This document shows, one piece after another, positions 45,001-56,470 of a stretch of DNA of 64,000 bases. The stretch comes from Eledone cirrhosa. Its lineage: Eukaryota. The translations under genes and the position numbers were made by a program. Numbering within the stretch: position 1 is the first letter of the stretch; each line of letters begins with the position of its first letter. Location of the stretch: the NCBI GenBank assembly GCA_964016885.1, contig OZ024740.1, positions 416,082,001 through 416,146,000 on the forward strand. Reading direction: 5' to 3'. The notes below the pieces were generated by a model. The model was given only the letters and a program-made list of their open reading frames with translations, was not told where the DNA came from and did not search any database.

Positions 45001-48000
45001 ATACTACTCAAACCATTAGTGTTGCTAAATTTTTTTACTACTCAAACCTTTAGAATTGCTAAACCTATTTACTACTCAAACCTTTAGAATTGCTAAATTT
45101 ATTTACTACTCAAACCTTTAGAATTGCTAAATTTATTTACTACTCAAACCATTAGAATTGATGAATTTATTTACTACTCAAACCTTTAGAATTGCTAAAT
45201 TTATTACTACTCAAACCTTTAGAATTGCTAAATTTATTAACTACTCAAACCTTTAGAATTGCTAAATTTATTTACTACTCAAACCTTTAGAATTGCTAAA
45301 TTTATTCACTACTCAAACCTTTAGAATTGCTAAATTTATTTACTACTCAAACCTTTAGAATTACTAAATTTATTAACTACTCAAACCTTTAGAATTGCTC
45401 AAATTATTTACTACTCAAACCTTTAGAATTGCTAAATTTATTTACTATTGAAACCTTTAGAATTGCTAAATTTATTTACTACTCAAACCTTTAGAATTGC
45501 TAAATGTATTTACTACTCACACTTTTAGAATTGCTAAATTTATTTACTACTCAAACCTTTAGAATTGCTAAATTTATATACTACTCAAACCTTTAGAATT
45601 GCTAAATTTATTAAATATTCAAACCTATAGAATTGCTAAAATTATTTACTACTCAAACCTTTAGAATTGCTAAATTTTTTTACTACTCAAACCTTTAGAA
45701 TTGCTAAATTTATTACTACTCAAACCTTTAGAATTGCTAAATTTATTAACTACTCAAACCTTTAGAATTGCTAAATTTATTTACTACTCAAACCTTTAGA
45801 ATTGCTAAATTTATTTACTACTCAAACCTTTTGAATTGCTAAATTTATTTACTACTCAAACCTTTAGAATTGCTAAATTTATTTACTATTCAAACCTTTA
45901 GAATTGCTAAATTTATTTACTAGTCACACCTTTAGAATTGCTAAATTTATTTACTACTCAAACCTTTAGAATTGCTAAGTTTATTAACTACTCAAACCTT
46001 TAGAATTGCTAAATTTATTTCATACTCAAACCTTTAGATTTGGTAAATTTATTCACTACTCAAACCTTTAGAATTGCTAAATTTATTTACTACTCAAACC
46101 TTTAGAATTGCTAAATTTATTAACTACTCAAACCTTTAGAATTGCTAAATTTATTAACTACTCCAACCTTTAGAATTGCTAAATTTATTCACTACTCAAA
46201 CCTTTAGAATTGCTAAATTTATTCACTACTCAAACCTTTAGAATTGCTAAATTTATTTACTACTCAAACCTTTAGAATTGATAAATTTATTTACTACTCA
46301 AACCTTTAGAATTGCTAAATTTATTAACTATTCAAGCCTATAGAATTGCTAAAATTATTTACTACTCAAACCTTTAGAATTGCTAAATTTATTTACTACT
46401 CAAACCTTTAGAATTGATAAATTTATTTACTACTCAAACCTTTAGAATTGCTAAATTTATTCACAATTCAATCCTTTAGAATTGCTAAATTTATTTACTA
46501 CTCAACCCTTTAGAATTGCTAAATTTATTTACTACTCAAACCTTTACAATTGCTAAATTTATTTACTATTCAATCCTTTAGAATTGCTAAATTTATTTAC
46601 TACTCAAACCTTTAGAATTGCTAAATTTATTTTCTACTCAAACCTTTAGAATTGCTAAATTTATTTACTACTCAAACCTTTAGAATTGCTAAATTTATTT
46701 ACTACTCAAACCTTTAGAATTGCTAAATTTATTTACTATTCAATCCTTTAGAATTGCTAAATTTATTTACTACTCAAACCTTTAGAATTGCTAAATTTAT
46801 TTACTACTCAAACCTTTAGAATTGCTAAATTTATTTACTACTCAAACCTTTAGAATTGCTAAATTTATTTACTAATCAAACCTTTAGAATTGATGAATTT
46901 ATTTACTACTCAAACCTTTAGAATTGCTAAATTTATTTACTACTCAAACCTTTAGTATTGCTAAATTTATTACTACTCAAACCTTTAGAATTGCTAAATT
47001 TATTAACTACTCAAACCTTTAGAATTGCTAAATTTATTTACTACTCAAATCTTTAGAATTGCTAAATTTATTTACTACTCAAACCTTTAGAATTGGTAAA
47101 TTTATTCACTACTCAAACCTTTAGAATTGCTAAATTTATTTACTACTCAAACCTTTAGAATTGCTAAATTTATTAACTACTCAAACCTTTAGAATTGCTA
47201 AATTTATTTACTACTCAAACCTTTAGAATTGCTAAATTTATTTACTATTCAAACCTTTAGAATTGCTAAATTTATTTACTACTCAAACCTTTAGAATTGC
47301 TAAATTTATTTACTACTCACACCTTTAGAATTGCTAAATGTATTTACTACTCACACCTTTAGAATTGCTAAATTTATTTACTACTCAAACCTTTAGAATT
47401 GCTAAATTTATTTACTACTCAAACCTTTAGAATTGCTAAATTTATTAACTACTCAAACCTTTAGAATTGCTAAAATTATTTACTACTCAAACCTTTAGAA
47501 TTGCTAAAATTATTTACTATTCAAACCTTTAGAATTGCTAAATGTATTTACTACTCAAACCTTTAGAATTGCTAAATTTATTTACTACTCAAACCTTTAG
47601 AATTGATGAATTTATTTACTACTCAAACCTTTAGAATTGCTAAATTTATTTACTACTCAAACCTTTAGAATTGCTAAATTTATTTACTACTCAAACCTTA
47701 AAATTGCTAAATTTATTTACTACTCAAACCTTTAGAATTGCTAAATTTATTAACTACTCACACCTTTAGAATTGCTAAATGTATTTACTACTCAAACCTT
47801 TAGAATTGCTAAATTTATTTACTACTCAAACCTTTAGAATTGCTAAATTTATTTACTACTCAAACCTTTAGAATTGCTAAATTTAATACTACTCAAACCT
47901 TTAGAATTGCTAAATTTATTAACTACTCAAACCTTTAGAATTGCTAAATTTATTTACTACTCAAACCTTTAGAATTGCTAAATTTATTTACTACTCAAAC

Positions 48001-48163
48001 CTTTAGAATTGCTAAATTTATTTACTACTCAAACCTTTAGAATTGCTAAATTTATTTACTACTCACTCCTTTAGAATTGCTAAATTTATTTACTATTCAA
48101 ACCTTTAGAATTGCTAAATTTATTTACTACTCACACCTTTAGAATTGCTAAATTTATTTACTA
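1..48163. repeat. 34-bp satellite DNA array, about 1,400 head-to-tail monomers, continues off the left edge
   Basis: Period 34 read directly (ATTTATTTACTACTCAAACCTTTAGAATTGCTAA). Monomers differ by 0-3 substitutions, with occasional 33-bp variants. Consensus has 8/34 GC and no CpG. The ORF track is empty until the last monomer (48145). Ends at ...AATTTATTTACTA|ACTATAAA. Confidence 0.99.
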
Positions 48164-48287
48164 ACTATAAATTTAGTGAAATAATTCTAAACACTTGTGT
48201 TAGTTTTAAGAATATTTTTGACAATTCCAGCAACAGATGCATCAGCAAAATGATATTTCAGCAAACTGAATCATATCAACATTTTAA

Positions 48288-48506
48288 CCCTTTAACATTT
48301 AAACCAGCATATCCAGCCAGAATTCTCTCACCTCTTTCTGGTCAGACTGGCTATAACTGGCTGCTCACACTTATGTTAAGGTATCGTTCTCAAAATAAAT
48401 AATATCAAAATCTCATAGATTCAATATCATGTGAGATAATTATGTGAAATAAAGTGTTTATTGTGAAAATAAATTGTAAATTTAGAGTAATGTAAATGCT
48501 AATGGG
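48288..48506. mobile_element. piggyBac-type MITE (non-autonomous DNA transposon, ~219 bp)
   Basis: Left end TTAA|CCCTTTAACATTTA and right end TAAATGCTAATGGG|TGAA form imperfect terminal inverted repeats. CCC...GGG termini with a TTAA target site (right copy mutated) are piggyBac hallmarks. Confidence 0.65.
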
Positions 48507-49149
48507 TGAAAGGTTTACCATGTCTGAAACCTGATTTGATGATCATTTAACAAAACTAAGTATTGAATCAAGAACTGCCAGAGAAAATGGTTTTGATAGT
48601 GTTATGAGATAGCTTGCAGATAAAACTCCAGAAAAACTCATTTCATTAGCTGATTAGGCTTAGTGCTACTTTGTATACTATTACTATCTAGTTATCTAGT
48701 TATTCTGGTGTACATGGAATAAAGCATTTATAAAAGTTTACTTGTGGTCATATTCAGATAACTTGAGACTAGCTATCATGTTGAATTAACATCCTGTTCC
48801 ACATGAAATCACATTAACAAGACATTCTTGAAAAGTAGAAACAGGCAACTACTATGAATGTTTTATTTTTTGTTTGTTTTTTTGTATCCCTTAACTTCTG
48901 ATAGAGTTGAAGGGGCACCATATTGGCATACAACGTTTCTTGGACATCTTTTAATTACATTAAAAACGAAAATTCTTTACCTAACACTGCAAATTTTCAC
49001 AATGATCTATCTACTAATAAAGATACTATAAACATTCGAACTAACAAACCCCTTTTTAAATGTGTGTGTGAGAGCTCACACCTATGCAGGTTTAGCTGGC
49101 CTCCTCGAAGGTTTATCTCATTGGAGGTGTCTTGGGTGATTTAATGATA

Positions 49150-49307
49150 GAGGCCCCAGTCCTATCATCTCATTTCTACAGCTGAGTAAACTGGAGCAAT
49201 GTGAAATAAAGTGTCTTGCTCAACGAAACAACACATCACCCGGTACAAGAATTGAACTCACAATCTTTCGATTGCAAGCCCGATGCTCTAACCACTAAGC
49301 CATGCAC
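49150..49307 (-). mobile_element. tRNA-derived SINE (head plus central domain)
   Basis: Minus strand reads A-box TGGCTTAGTGG, B-box GAGTTCAATTC, then TTGAGCAAGACACTTTATTTCACATTGCTCCAG. Bases 49153-49237 are near-identical to 62516-62600. Confidence 0.8.
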
Positions 49308-50544
49308 TTAGTGAAGGCCTTTTCAAATGTTTACTGTTAAATCATTACGGGATGAGAGGAGCTTGATCTACCATGCAAAACTACTCTTGGAGACCCTCTA
49401 AACAACTATTGTGGTGTACTGTTGGATCTGACACATGTTTGTTTGCTTCTGTCTGCCTGGCCTGAAAACATGCATTTTTAGTTGAATTTTTAAATGATCC
49501 GAATCAACAAAATCTCAGACTTCATTTGCTTACCGAGTGAGGTGACACTCATTTCCATTGGTCTTTCTACCGGTCACAACTCCTGACATAGTTGAATAAT
49601 TAACATCTAATAGTAAAAACTGTTATAACCATGGCCAAATAACAAATATTTATAAGAACATAACACATATGCTATGACAAAATATATATATATGTAGATT
49701 TAGCTAATGGTTTAAGATAGTAAAATGTACTTATTTTCTACGAATACTGACATTTCAGATTGAATGCCAAGCATTCTCGTCATTTATGCTTCTGACCAAT
49801 ATTAATAATTATTAATTATGCACTTAAATTTTGGAGCATTTTTATTTATTTATTCTTTTTTTCTTTTTACTCCTGTTTTTTATTATTCAAATGTTAACTT
49901 TGAATATTTGTATATTTTGAGTAGGGATACTTAAACTTTAAATGCATGCTAATGATATTAGATGACATTATGTAGATCCAATAGTTTGGTGGTAATAGCA
50001 AGTGGTGCTGAGTGCCTTGGAATAAATATCAATTATGTAATTTATTCTTTCAGAATATCCATGCAAGTATAATCATTTTAAGAAGTAAGTCAGTTGCTTT
50101 TCTCTGTAAAAAATGAAGTCATCTACAATTGATGATTTAAAAAAAAAAATGTTTATTGTAAGTATCTTCATATATTTTCAATAGTTTCTTACAACTAAAG
50201 AACTATTTACACAAATACACTTAAATATACACGTTAAAATAGGTAAATGGATCTCTAACAATTTCAGTGATGAGTTTTACCAGTTGTTCAATAAACAATA
50301 AGGTTCACTAATTGAATTAGCATATAAGTGGCTGAGTATTCCACAGAATCATGAGGCCATGTGTGACAAAGCTGACTTTTTGAATTAAAGGCCCAACCTA
50401 TTCAATGGAGTTCCAAAGAATTTCTGTTTACTCAATTTCAAGGAAAAGGCTTAGGTTGACCTGCACCTATGGTAAAAGACTAAGGTGGTGAAGTAGCAAA
50501 GTCTTTAGAATGTTACATAGAATCTAAATCTAAAGTCTGTCTCA

Positions 50545-50716
50545 AGCCTAGAGACTCATCAGGCCAGGGCTTATCCCAGTTTCCATGACATGAAATTACT
50601 AAGAGTACAAGACTCCCCATTGGACATAATGCCAGTCAATCACATGGTTAAATCCCCCACCTATTGCTGGTACTCATTTTCAGTTGAGTATACTGGAGCA
50701 ATGTGAAATGAAATGA
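50545..50716 (-). mobile_element. degenerate SINE fragment related to the 49150 SINE
   Basis: CTCATTTTCAGTTGAGTATACTGGAGCAATGTGAAATGAAATG matches the central domain at 49169-49213. No tRNA head. Left boundary approximate. Confidence 0.55.
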
Positions 50717-50853
50717 TGTAATTGGATATTTTTCTCCTTGCATACATTTCACTGTATCTCAAGAGAACATTTTCACACATTACTGTTATATCTTCTTATT
50801 TTCCAAAGGCAATATTTGGTCGTAATTGTTTTGAAATATTTACATCTGCACCC

Positions 50854-50932
50854 ACAGATTGATATTTCTCAGTTTCAGAAAATCTCATTTTAGGGTGAAA
50901 GCAGAAATTGTTTGCTTAAACTTTTAATCTGT
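50854..50932 (+). ncRNA. hammerhead-like motif (type I topology, degenerate core CAGAAAA) in putative PLE pseudo-LTR
   Basis: ACAGATTGA/TTAATCTGT outer stem, AGTTT/AAACT stem I, CAGAAAA, weak stem II, GAAA, GCAGA/TTTGC stem III, CUU triplet. Ends about 150 bp upstream of the PLE ATG. Homologous to 56471-56547. Confidence 0.5.
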
Positions 50933-51078
50933 GCTAATAATATATATTTGCTCTATGAGTTTATATATATTTATATATATACAACCTTTATCGAGTCATC
51001 TCTAGATTTTGGTCTTTGTATTTACTATTACTACTATTTGGCTCCTTTGGTAGAGCACACTTGTGACTTAAAACCACT

Positions 51079-52290
51079 ATGCAGAAACATCTAAATATTT
51101 CTAGCAAAAATATTCTATAACCAAACAGGAATACATACTTGAAAATACTTATCCAAAATACGGATTCTTTCAAAAAAAGGATGCATTGGTATGCCTTCTA
51201 TTTTGAACACCAGGATAAAGCTAATATTACCATTTGAAAAGAATGTACTTGAACTCATATGGAGTATTGAATTTCAAAAGAGAAGCAACCACTTCCAACA
51301 GGATTTAAACAAAAGAATCTGACAGATAAAGGATTCTAATGTGGTGAATGTTCACTCCACTATGTGAGTGTAATTAATAAAATCAATAGTGCTGATTTAA
51401 AAATTACTTTGGAACTAAATATCCAGGACCAGACTGAACCCCTGGATCCTGTTACTCCTCACTTTACTTTGAAGGATCATAAACTGAATTTCGATAATAA
51501 TCCATTTATTTTGCTCATTAGTCTGATTTAGATAGACTTAGTAAAAGAATTTTAGTAAAAACGATTAAAGATATAGCACCTTTAGCCTTCTGGAATAATT
51601 ATTTCCCAGTGATTGATTGGTTTAAGGGTATGCATTACAAGAAACACTGCCGTTTTATCCAATTCAATATCAACAACTATTATTCTTTCATCGCTTTACC
51701 ACTCCTTGTAAGAGCAATTAATTTTGCCAAAACACTTAGAGAGATTAAGGATTTCGAAGTTGATGTCATTTTAAATGCTCATAAGTCTGTGATAAACTTT
51801 AACAACTCTATTTGGCTAAAAAAAATCAAATAGTACCTCCTTCGCAGTGAGCATCGGTGCCAGCGATTCGGCGGAGGTCAGAGAGCTATTTGGTCTATTT
51901 TTACTTTTCTCTATCAAGGAAGAATTCCCTAATTTAGGTGTGGGTCTGTAATATGATGATGGCCTTTTGACTATGACTAAATGCAGACCCTGAGCTATTA
52001 ATAGGTTAGTGTCCATTCAAGTGGACACTAACCTATCTGTGATGAATTTCTTCAATGGGACACTCAATATGATGAAAAGCGGCCTGTACTACTCATATAG
52101 AAAGCCCAATGACACTTTAAAATTATATTAGTAAACATGTTAGCCATCCAACCAGCATAACTAAAACCCTGGTCAAAGATGTCTCATTGAGGATTTCTCG
52201 TTTATCATATTTTCTCTGACTATTCCATATATTACAATAAAGCTCTGGCTTGGAGCAGATTTCTAAATAAGGTAGATTTCACTAAGTATG
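51079..52290 (+). pseudogene. decayed Penelope-like retroelement reverse transcriptase ORF (stops, frameshifts, no GIY-YIG domain seen)
   Basis: Manual translation gives MQKHLNISSKNIL*PNRNTYLKILIQNTDSFKKRMHWYAFYF, TLKDHKLNFDNNP, VIDWFKGMHYKKHCRFIQFNINNYYSFI, IGASDSAEVRELFGLFLL, GL*YDDGL (51943-51966) and YRKPND. These are colinear with PLE RT motifs as I recall them. Confidence 0.8.
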
Positions 52291-52307
52291 ATAGCAACTC
52301 CTGGCAG

Positions 52308-52410
52308 AAAGAACAACATGAAATAAAATGTTTTGCTCAAGGACATAATGCATTGCCTGGTCTGGGAATCCAGATTGCGAATCCAGTTCTCTAACCACTC
52401 AGCTATACAC
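52308..52410 (-). mobile_element. degenerate tRNA-derived SINE fragment at the 3' break of the PLE
   Basis: CAACATGAAATAAAATGTTTTGCTCAAGGACATAATGC...CTCTAACCACTCAGCTA parallels 49197-49302. Confidence 0.6.
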
Positions 52411-52984
52411 CATCACTATTTCTAGTAGTAGAAATTTAATTTATTATATAAATGCTTTTGGAAAAAGAATAAATAAGAACCTATTTATAGTATATGGAAT
52501 TAGTGACAGATGGGAGGTTATTGATGCAGAGATAGATTGATAGATAGGTAGATAGAGAGGGGGGGGTAATGGATCCGTATTGGGTGGGTGATAGTGGAGT
52601 ATATTGTAATTTATTTATTGTTTTATTTAGTTATTTAATCAATTTAAACATCCGTTTAGAGCTAGTAAGTCATGACAGACTAGGGGAAGTATCAAGTACT
52701 TCTTACAAAAAAAAAAGATATACAGAGGCAAGTGAATATTAAAATAAAAATATAAATAAAAAAAAATAAAATAAGATAAAAAATTAATAGTTTGATAGAA
52801 TTCCATCGTTAAAAGGATTTAGAATTGTTAATCAGAAAGTTCTTCCTCCAGACTATTATGTTTTAGTATAACCAATAGAGAGAAAGGAGCTTTTCCCTTT
52901 AAGCACAAATAACATATTTATCAAAGACATTCCAATTATGACCATTGCATTTTTTTTTTTCGGACTACATTCTATAACAAACCC

Positions 52985-53200
52985 TTCTAATATTTTTTTA
53001 CACAAAACCAGTTGGCAGGAGACCCAGGGTGTAGACCCTGAGCAAGATAGTTGGATAATATCCATGAGCTTGGCTGATCTCATTTGGGGATCCAGCCAGA
53101 TCAGTTGGAAATGTTTGCTTCTGACAGGATGCACTGGAAGAAGTATTTAAGGACTCTGCCCCCATGACCCTCTTGGGAATAAGTGGGTGAAGAAGAAGGG
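52985..53200 (+). mobile_element. RTE-clade LINE 3'-end fragment
   Basis: Encodes a degraded RPRxRPxAR*LDNIHELG C-terminus, aligns with 54974-55095 and is followed by a GAA tail. Confidence 0.65.
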
Positions 53201-53243
53201 GGGTAAGAAGGAAAAGGTGGTGGTGGTGGTGGAGAAAGACAGA

Positions 53244-53333
53244 GAAGAAGAAGAAGAAGAAGAAGAAGAAGAAGAAGAAGAAGAAGAAGAAGAAGAAGAA
53301 GAAGAAGAAGAAGAAGAAGAAGAAGAAGAAGAA
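53244..53333 (+). repeat. (GAA)30 microsatellite
   Basis: Perfect trinucleotide run. Confidence 0.97.
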
Positions 53334-53746
53334 AAAACAGATAGCAGCAAGATGTAATTTGAGGAAGACTCTGCAGCTATTTCTATCAAATTGATAGACT
53401 ATGTAGAGGCTCTGTCATGTAGTTGCGTGGATTAGAGAAGATTCTAGTGAAGAGAAAGAAGTTGATTTGAATAATAAATGATTGAAATACCATCTTAATT
53501 CATTGATGTTTATAAAGCAGATGATTTGGTTGATTTGGCAGCTGGAGAAATTGGTGAATTGCATTGGTGTGGAAGAACAGAAATAGATTAACAGTGTTGA
53601 GAGTTGACTTTAAAGCAAACGATGGCCTGGTTCTTATTGCAACTGCAACTGTTAGAAGAACTCTGGGAAAGGAAGTTAATTTGGAAAACACAATATATGT
53701 GTTGGGATTTCTGTTGGGTAAATGGTTCTATTAATTTTTGGGGAAA

Positions 53747-54135
53747 TCATCATCATCATCTACATCATCATCATCATCTCATCATCATTGCCACCACCAC
53801 CAGCACTATCATCATGTTAGGTGTCCATTTTTCTATGCTAGCATGGGTTAGATGAGTTGTCCCGTTGTGAGACAAGTCAAGTCAGGTGACTGTGTCTTGC
53901 TCATACAAAACTGGTTCTGGTTTTTTATGGCTGGATGGCCTTCCTAACACCAACAACATTTACAATGTATACTGGGTACTTTTTATCGTGGCAACTTTAT
54001 AGTGTGGACTGGTCACTTTTTGTCATGTCACCTACATGACAATTTTACAGTGTGGACTGGGCACTTTTTGTTGTGTCACCAACATGACCATTTTACAGTG
54101 TTGGCTGGGCTCTTCTTGTCATGACAACATTTTTG
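53747..54135 (-). mobile_element. SINE remnant with RTE-like 3' tail, (ATG)n tail and four internal 37-48-bp tandem units
   Basis: (CAT)n, then GTCCATTTTTCTATGCTAGCATGGGTTAGATG. GGCTGGATGGCCTTCCTAACACCAAC is shared with 62418-62443. Units resemble TTTACAGTGTGGACTGGGCACTTTTTG. Confidence 0.6.
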
Positions 54136-54187
54136 AAATGATAGTATGAATTTGATAGTACATTTAAATAACATGGTTGTTTGGATT

Positions 54188-54645
54188 GGCAGTATCGGTA
54201 GAGGGTAGGACGCCATGCTTTGCAGCAAAGAGTTACGGTCCTTTATGGTCTGAGTTCAAATCCCGCCGAGGTTAACTTTGCCTTTCATCCTTACGGGGTC
54301 GATAAAATAAAGTACCAGTAATACACTGGGATAATTGCTGGCCTTGTGCCAAAAGTAGAAACAATTATTTAACCAAGGTTAGCTTTGCCTTCTATCATTA
54401 CAGGGTCGATAAAATAAAGTACCAGTAATGCACTGAGGTAGATTTAATCGACTCCCCACCCCCCACCCCACCACCAAAAATTGCTGACCTAGTGCCTGAA
54501 TCAGAAATCATTATTATTTAGCTTCAGTTACATCCCTTTACGATCTGAGTTCAGATCCCGCCGAAGTTAACTTTGCCTTTCATCCATACGGGGGTCGATA
54601 AAATAAAGTACCAGTAATGTACTGGTTAATTGCTATAATTATTAT
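54188..54645 (+). mobile_element. three tandem copies (one near full length, two partial) of a tRNA-derived SINE with a Meta-like central domain
   Basis: A-box-like TGGCAGTATCGGTAGAG and B-box GAGTTCAAATCC. The domain GTTAACTTTGCCTTTCATCCTTACGGGGTCGATAAAATAAAGTACCAG recurs at about 54271, 54378 and 54566. Confidence 0.8.
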
Positions 54646-54835
54646 TTAGCTTCAGATTAGCCCTGGGGCGATTACTCGTATATAGTTGTTTAAATGATGA
54701 GAACTGAGATGTTAAATTAAGACAGGTAATAGTAAAAAATTTATCTTTACTCAAATACATTTAGTTACAGCATTTGTGATTCTAAGTGAGCAGATGTCAC
54801 TTCAAAGTGAGATTAATAATTTCAAAATGTTACTC

Positions 54836-55095
54836 GATAGAGTGCGTAACTTGGAGATCAGAGAGTCACTCCAGGTAGAGCCACTACTGCTCTGAATTGA
54901 GAGATCATAGCTCCAATACTACAGATATGTGGTTAGAATGTCTCAGGAAAGAATCACTGACAGATTTTATGGGAGACCTAGTTGTTGACCCCCAAGCAAG
55001 ATGGTTGGATAACATCCATGAGCTCGGCTGGTCTTGCTTGGGGGCGTCCAGCTGGATCAGTTGGAGACAGTTGCTTCTAACAGGACCCACAGGAA
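54836..55095 (+). mobile_element. RTE-clade LINE C-terminal fragment
   Basis: Translates as DRVRNLEIRESLQVEPLLL*IERS*LQYYRYVVRMSQER...PQARWLDNIHELGWS, matching the RTE post-RT region. Confidence 0.75.
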
Positions 55096-55221
55096 GAAGA
55101 AGAAGAAGAAGAAGAAGAAGAAGAAGAAGAAGAAGAAGAAGAAGAAGAAGAAGAAGAAGAAGAAGAAGAAGAAGAAGAAGAAGAAGAAGAAGAAGAAGAA
55201 GAAGAAGAAGAAGAAGAAGAA
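55093..55221 (+). repeat. (GAA)43 microsatellite
   Basis: Perfect trinucleotide run; the source of the poly-R/K/F ORFs. Confidence 0.97.
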
Positions 55222-55781
55222 GACTTCACCACTTAATTGTGTGGATAATGATTTCAAAATGAGAATAGCGATTTCAAAGTGAGGTTAACAGAAAAAGATT
55301 TACCTAATAGAGAACAGCACACCCAAACATCATAGCATGTATTGTCAGCAATGTGAAATTGACATGTTAATTATAAACTGTCATCAGCCAAGCGATGGAA
55401 ATGGAAAAATAATGATTGTTGAGAGAATAAGTTGTCTAAGTTGTCTAACTAAACTACTGAAAGGATTAGATGATGCTCTGGGCTTGGTGACACCATTTCT
55501 GTAACAATGTTAGAATCTGTACACTCTGTTAGGTTTTACCTATACACAGTTCCATAGAATTCAAGTAGACAGAAGACATGTCTCTTACTATTACTGTCAC
55601 TTACTGTCATTGTAAAAGAATGGCTCTTAGTTTTGTTTATACTACCATAGAATTGTATTCTCTGACTGATAAAATATTCTTGGCAACATCTTATCTATAT
55701 GAAGATGCATTAATTCTGGCTAGAAATCATTGTTTTTAAATAGATATGAAGTGTGCTCACATTGCAATCTTTATTTTTTAA

Positions 55782-55969
55782 TTTGAAGTAACACGTGCTC
55801 ACTTTGAAGTAAAATGTGCTCCCTTTGAAAATGTCATTTTCCCTTTGAAGTAATATTTTCTCATTTTGAAGTAACATGTGCTCATTTTGAAGTAATATGT
55901 GCTCACTTTGAACTAATATGTGCTCACTTTGAAGTTATATGTGCTCACTTTGAAGTAATATGTGCTCAC
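55782..55969. repeat. ~22-bp minisatellite (TTTGAAGTAATATGTGCTCACT), about 8 units
   Basis: Direct tandem units visible, more homogeneous toward the right end. Confidence 0.9.
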
Positions 55970-56077
55970 ACAGAATTTATACATATTTATATACATGTTG
56001 GTGCAGTCTCAGGTACACACCCTGTATTTATACAGATATAACTTTACCATACACTTCGGCTGCTAGCATACTTCTTA

Positions 56078-56096
56078 ATATATATATATATATGTG

Positions 56097-56129
<33 letters not shown>

Positions 56130-56139
56130 TTGTGTGTGT
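56078..56139. repeat. (TA)n(TG)n compound microsatellite
   Basis: Read directly. Confidence 0.95.
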
Positions 56140-56220
56140 AGAAATATCCGTAGGTGTGAAAAAAGAAAACAGTGCTCAATTGGGAAGAAAGGTGATATAT
56201 TTTATTATTTATTTATTTTC

Positions 56221-56358
56221 ATACCTGGAACAAAAGTGTTATCTAAGGTTTTGTATAAGTGCCTGGAGATTAGGTCATAATTTTGATCCCTCTTACATTC
56301 TGGAGATATTGTCAATATTGGGCCTCAAAACCTTGGGTAACACTTTTGTCCTGTGTAT
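56221..56358. repeat. imperfect inverted repeat (~33-bp arms)
   Basis: ATACCTGGAACAAAAGTGTTATCTAAGGTTTTG pairs with CAAAACCTTGGGTAACACTTTTGTCCTGTGTAT. Confidence 0.85.
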
Positions 56359-56470
56359 ATAGTAATAATAATAAATGTGAAGACTAAAATCCAAAGAGGG
56401 CTCGATAAGGATAAATATATAAGAACCCTAGAGCAAATATTTATTAAAAAACAGATTTACTTCTGCGTTC

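Noticed and set aside
1-48163. CRISPR array (repeat length 34 bp, partial dyad)
   Set aside because: Monomers abut with no unique spacers, there are no cas genes, and the context is eukaryotic.
1-48163. Telomeric repeat or coding tandem repeat
   Set aside because: No TTAGGG/TTAGG units, and frequent stop codons leave no ORF within the array.
49245-49307. tRNA gene (also 54188-54270)
   Set aside because: A and B boxes are present but run into SINE body sequence, and I could not form a full cloverleaf.
50300-50495. Possible old SINE-like remnant
   Set aside because: Only a vague resemblance from memory and no second copy in the window to support boundaries.
51079-52290. Selenocysteine read-through in the PLE ORF
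   Set aside because: The stops at conserved motifs are TAA and there are frameshifts, which fits ordinary decay.
52818-52831. Orphan satellite-like TTTAGAATTGTTAA
   Set aside because: Only 13/14 AT-rich bases with no flanking similarity; plausible by chance.
53147-55282. Poly-S, poly-R, poly-K, poly-F and His-rich ORFs
   Set aside because: Translations of (GAA)n and (CAT)n microsatellites and LINE/SINE debris.
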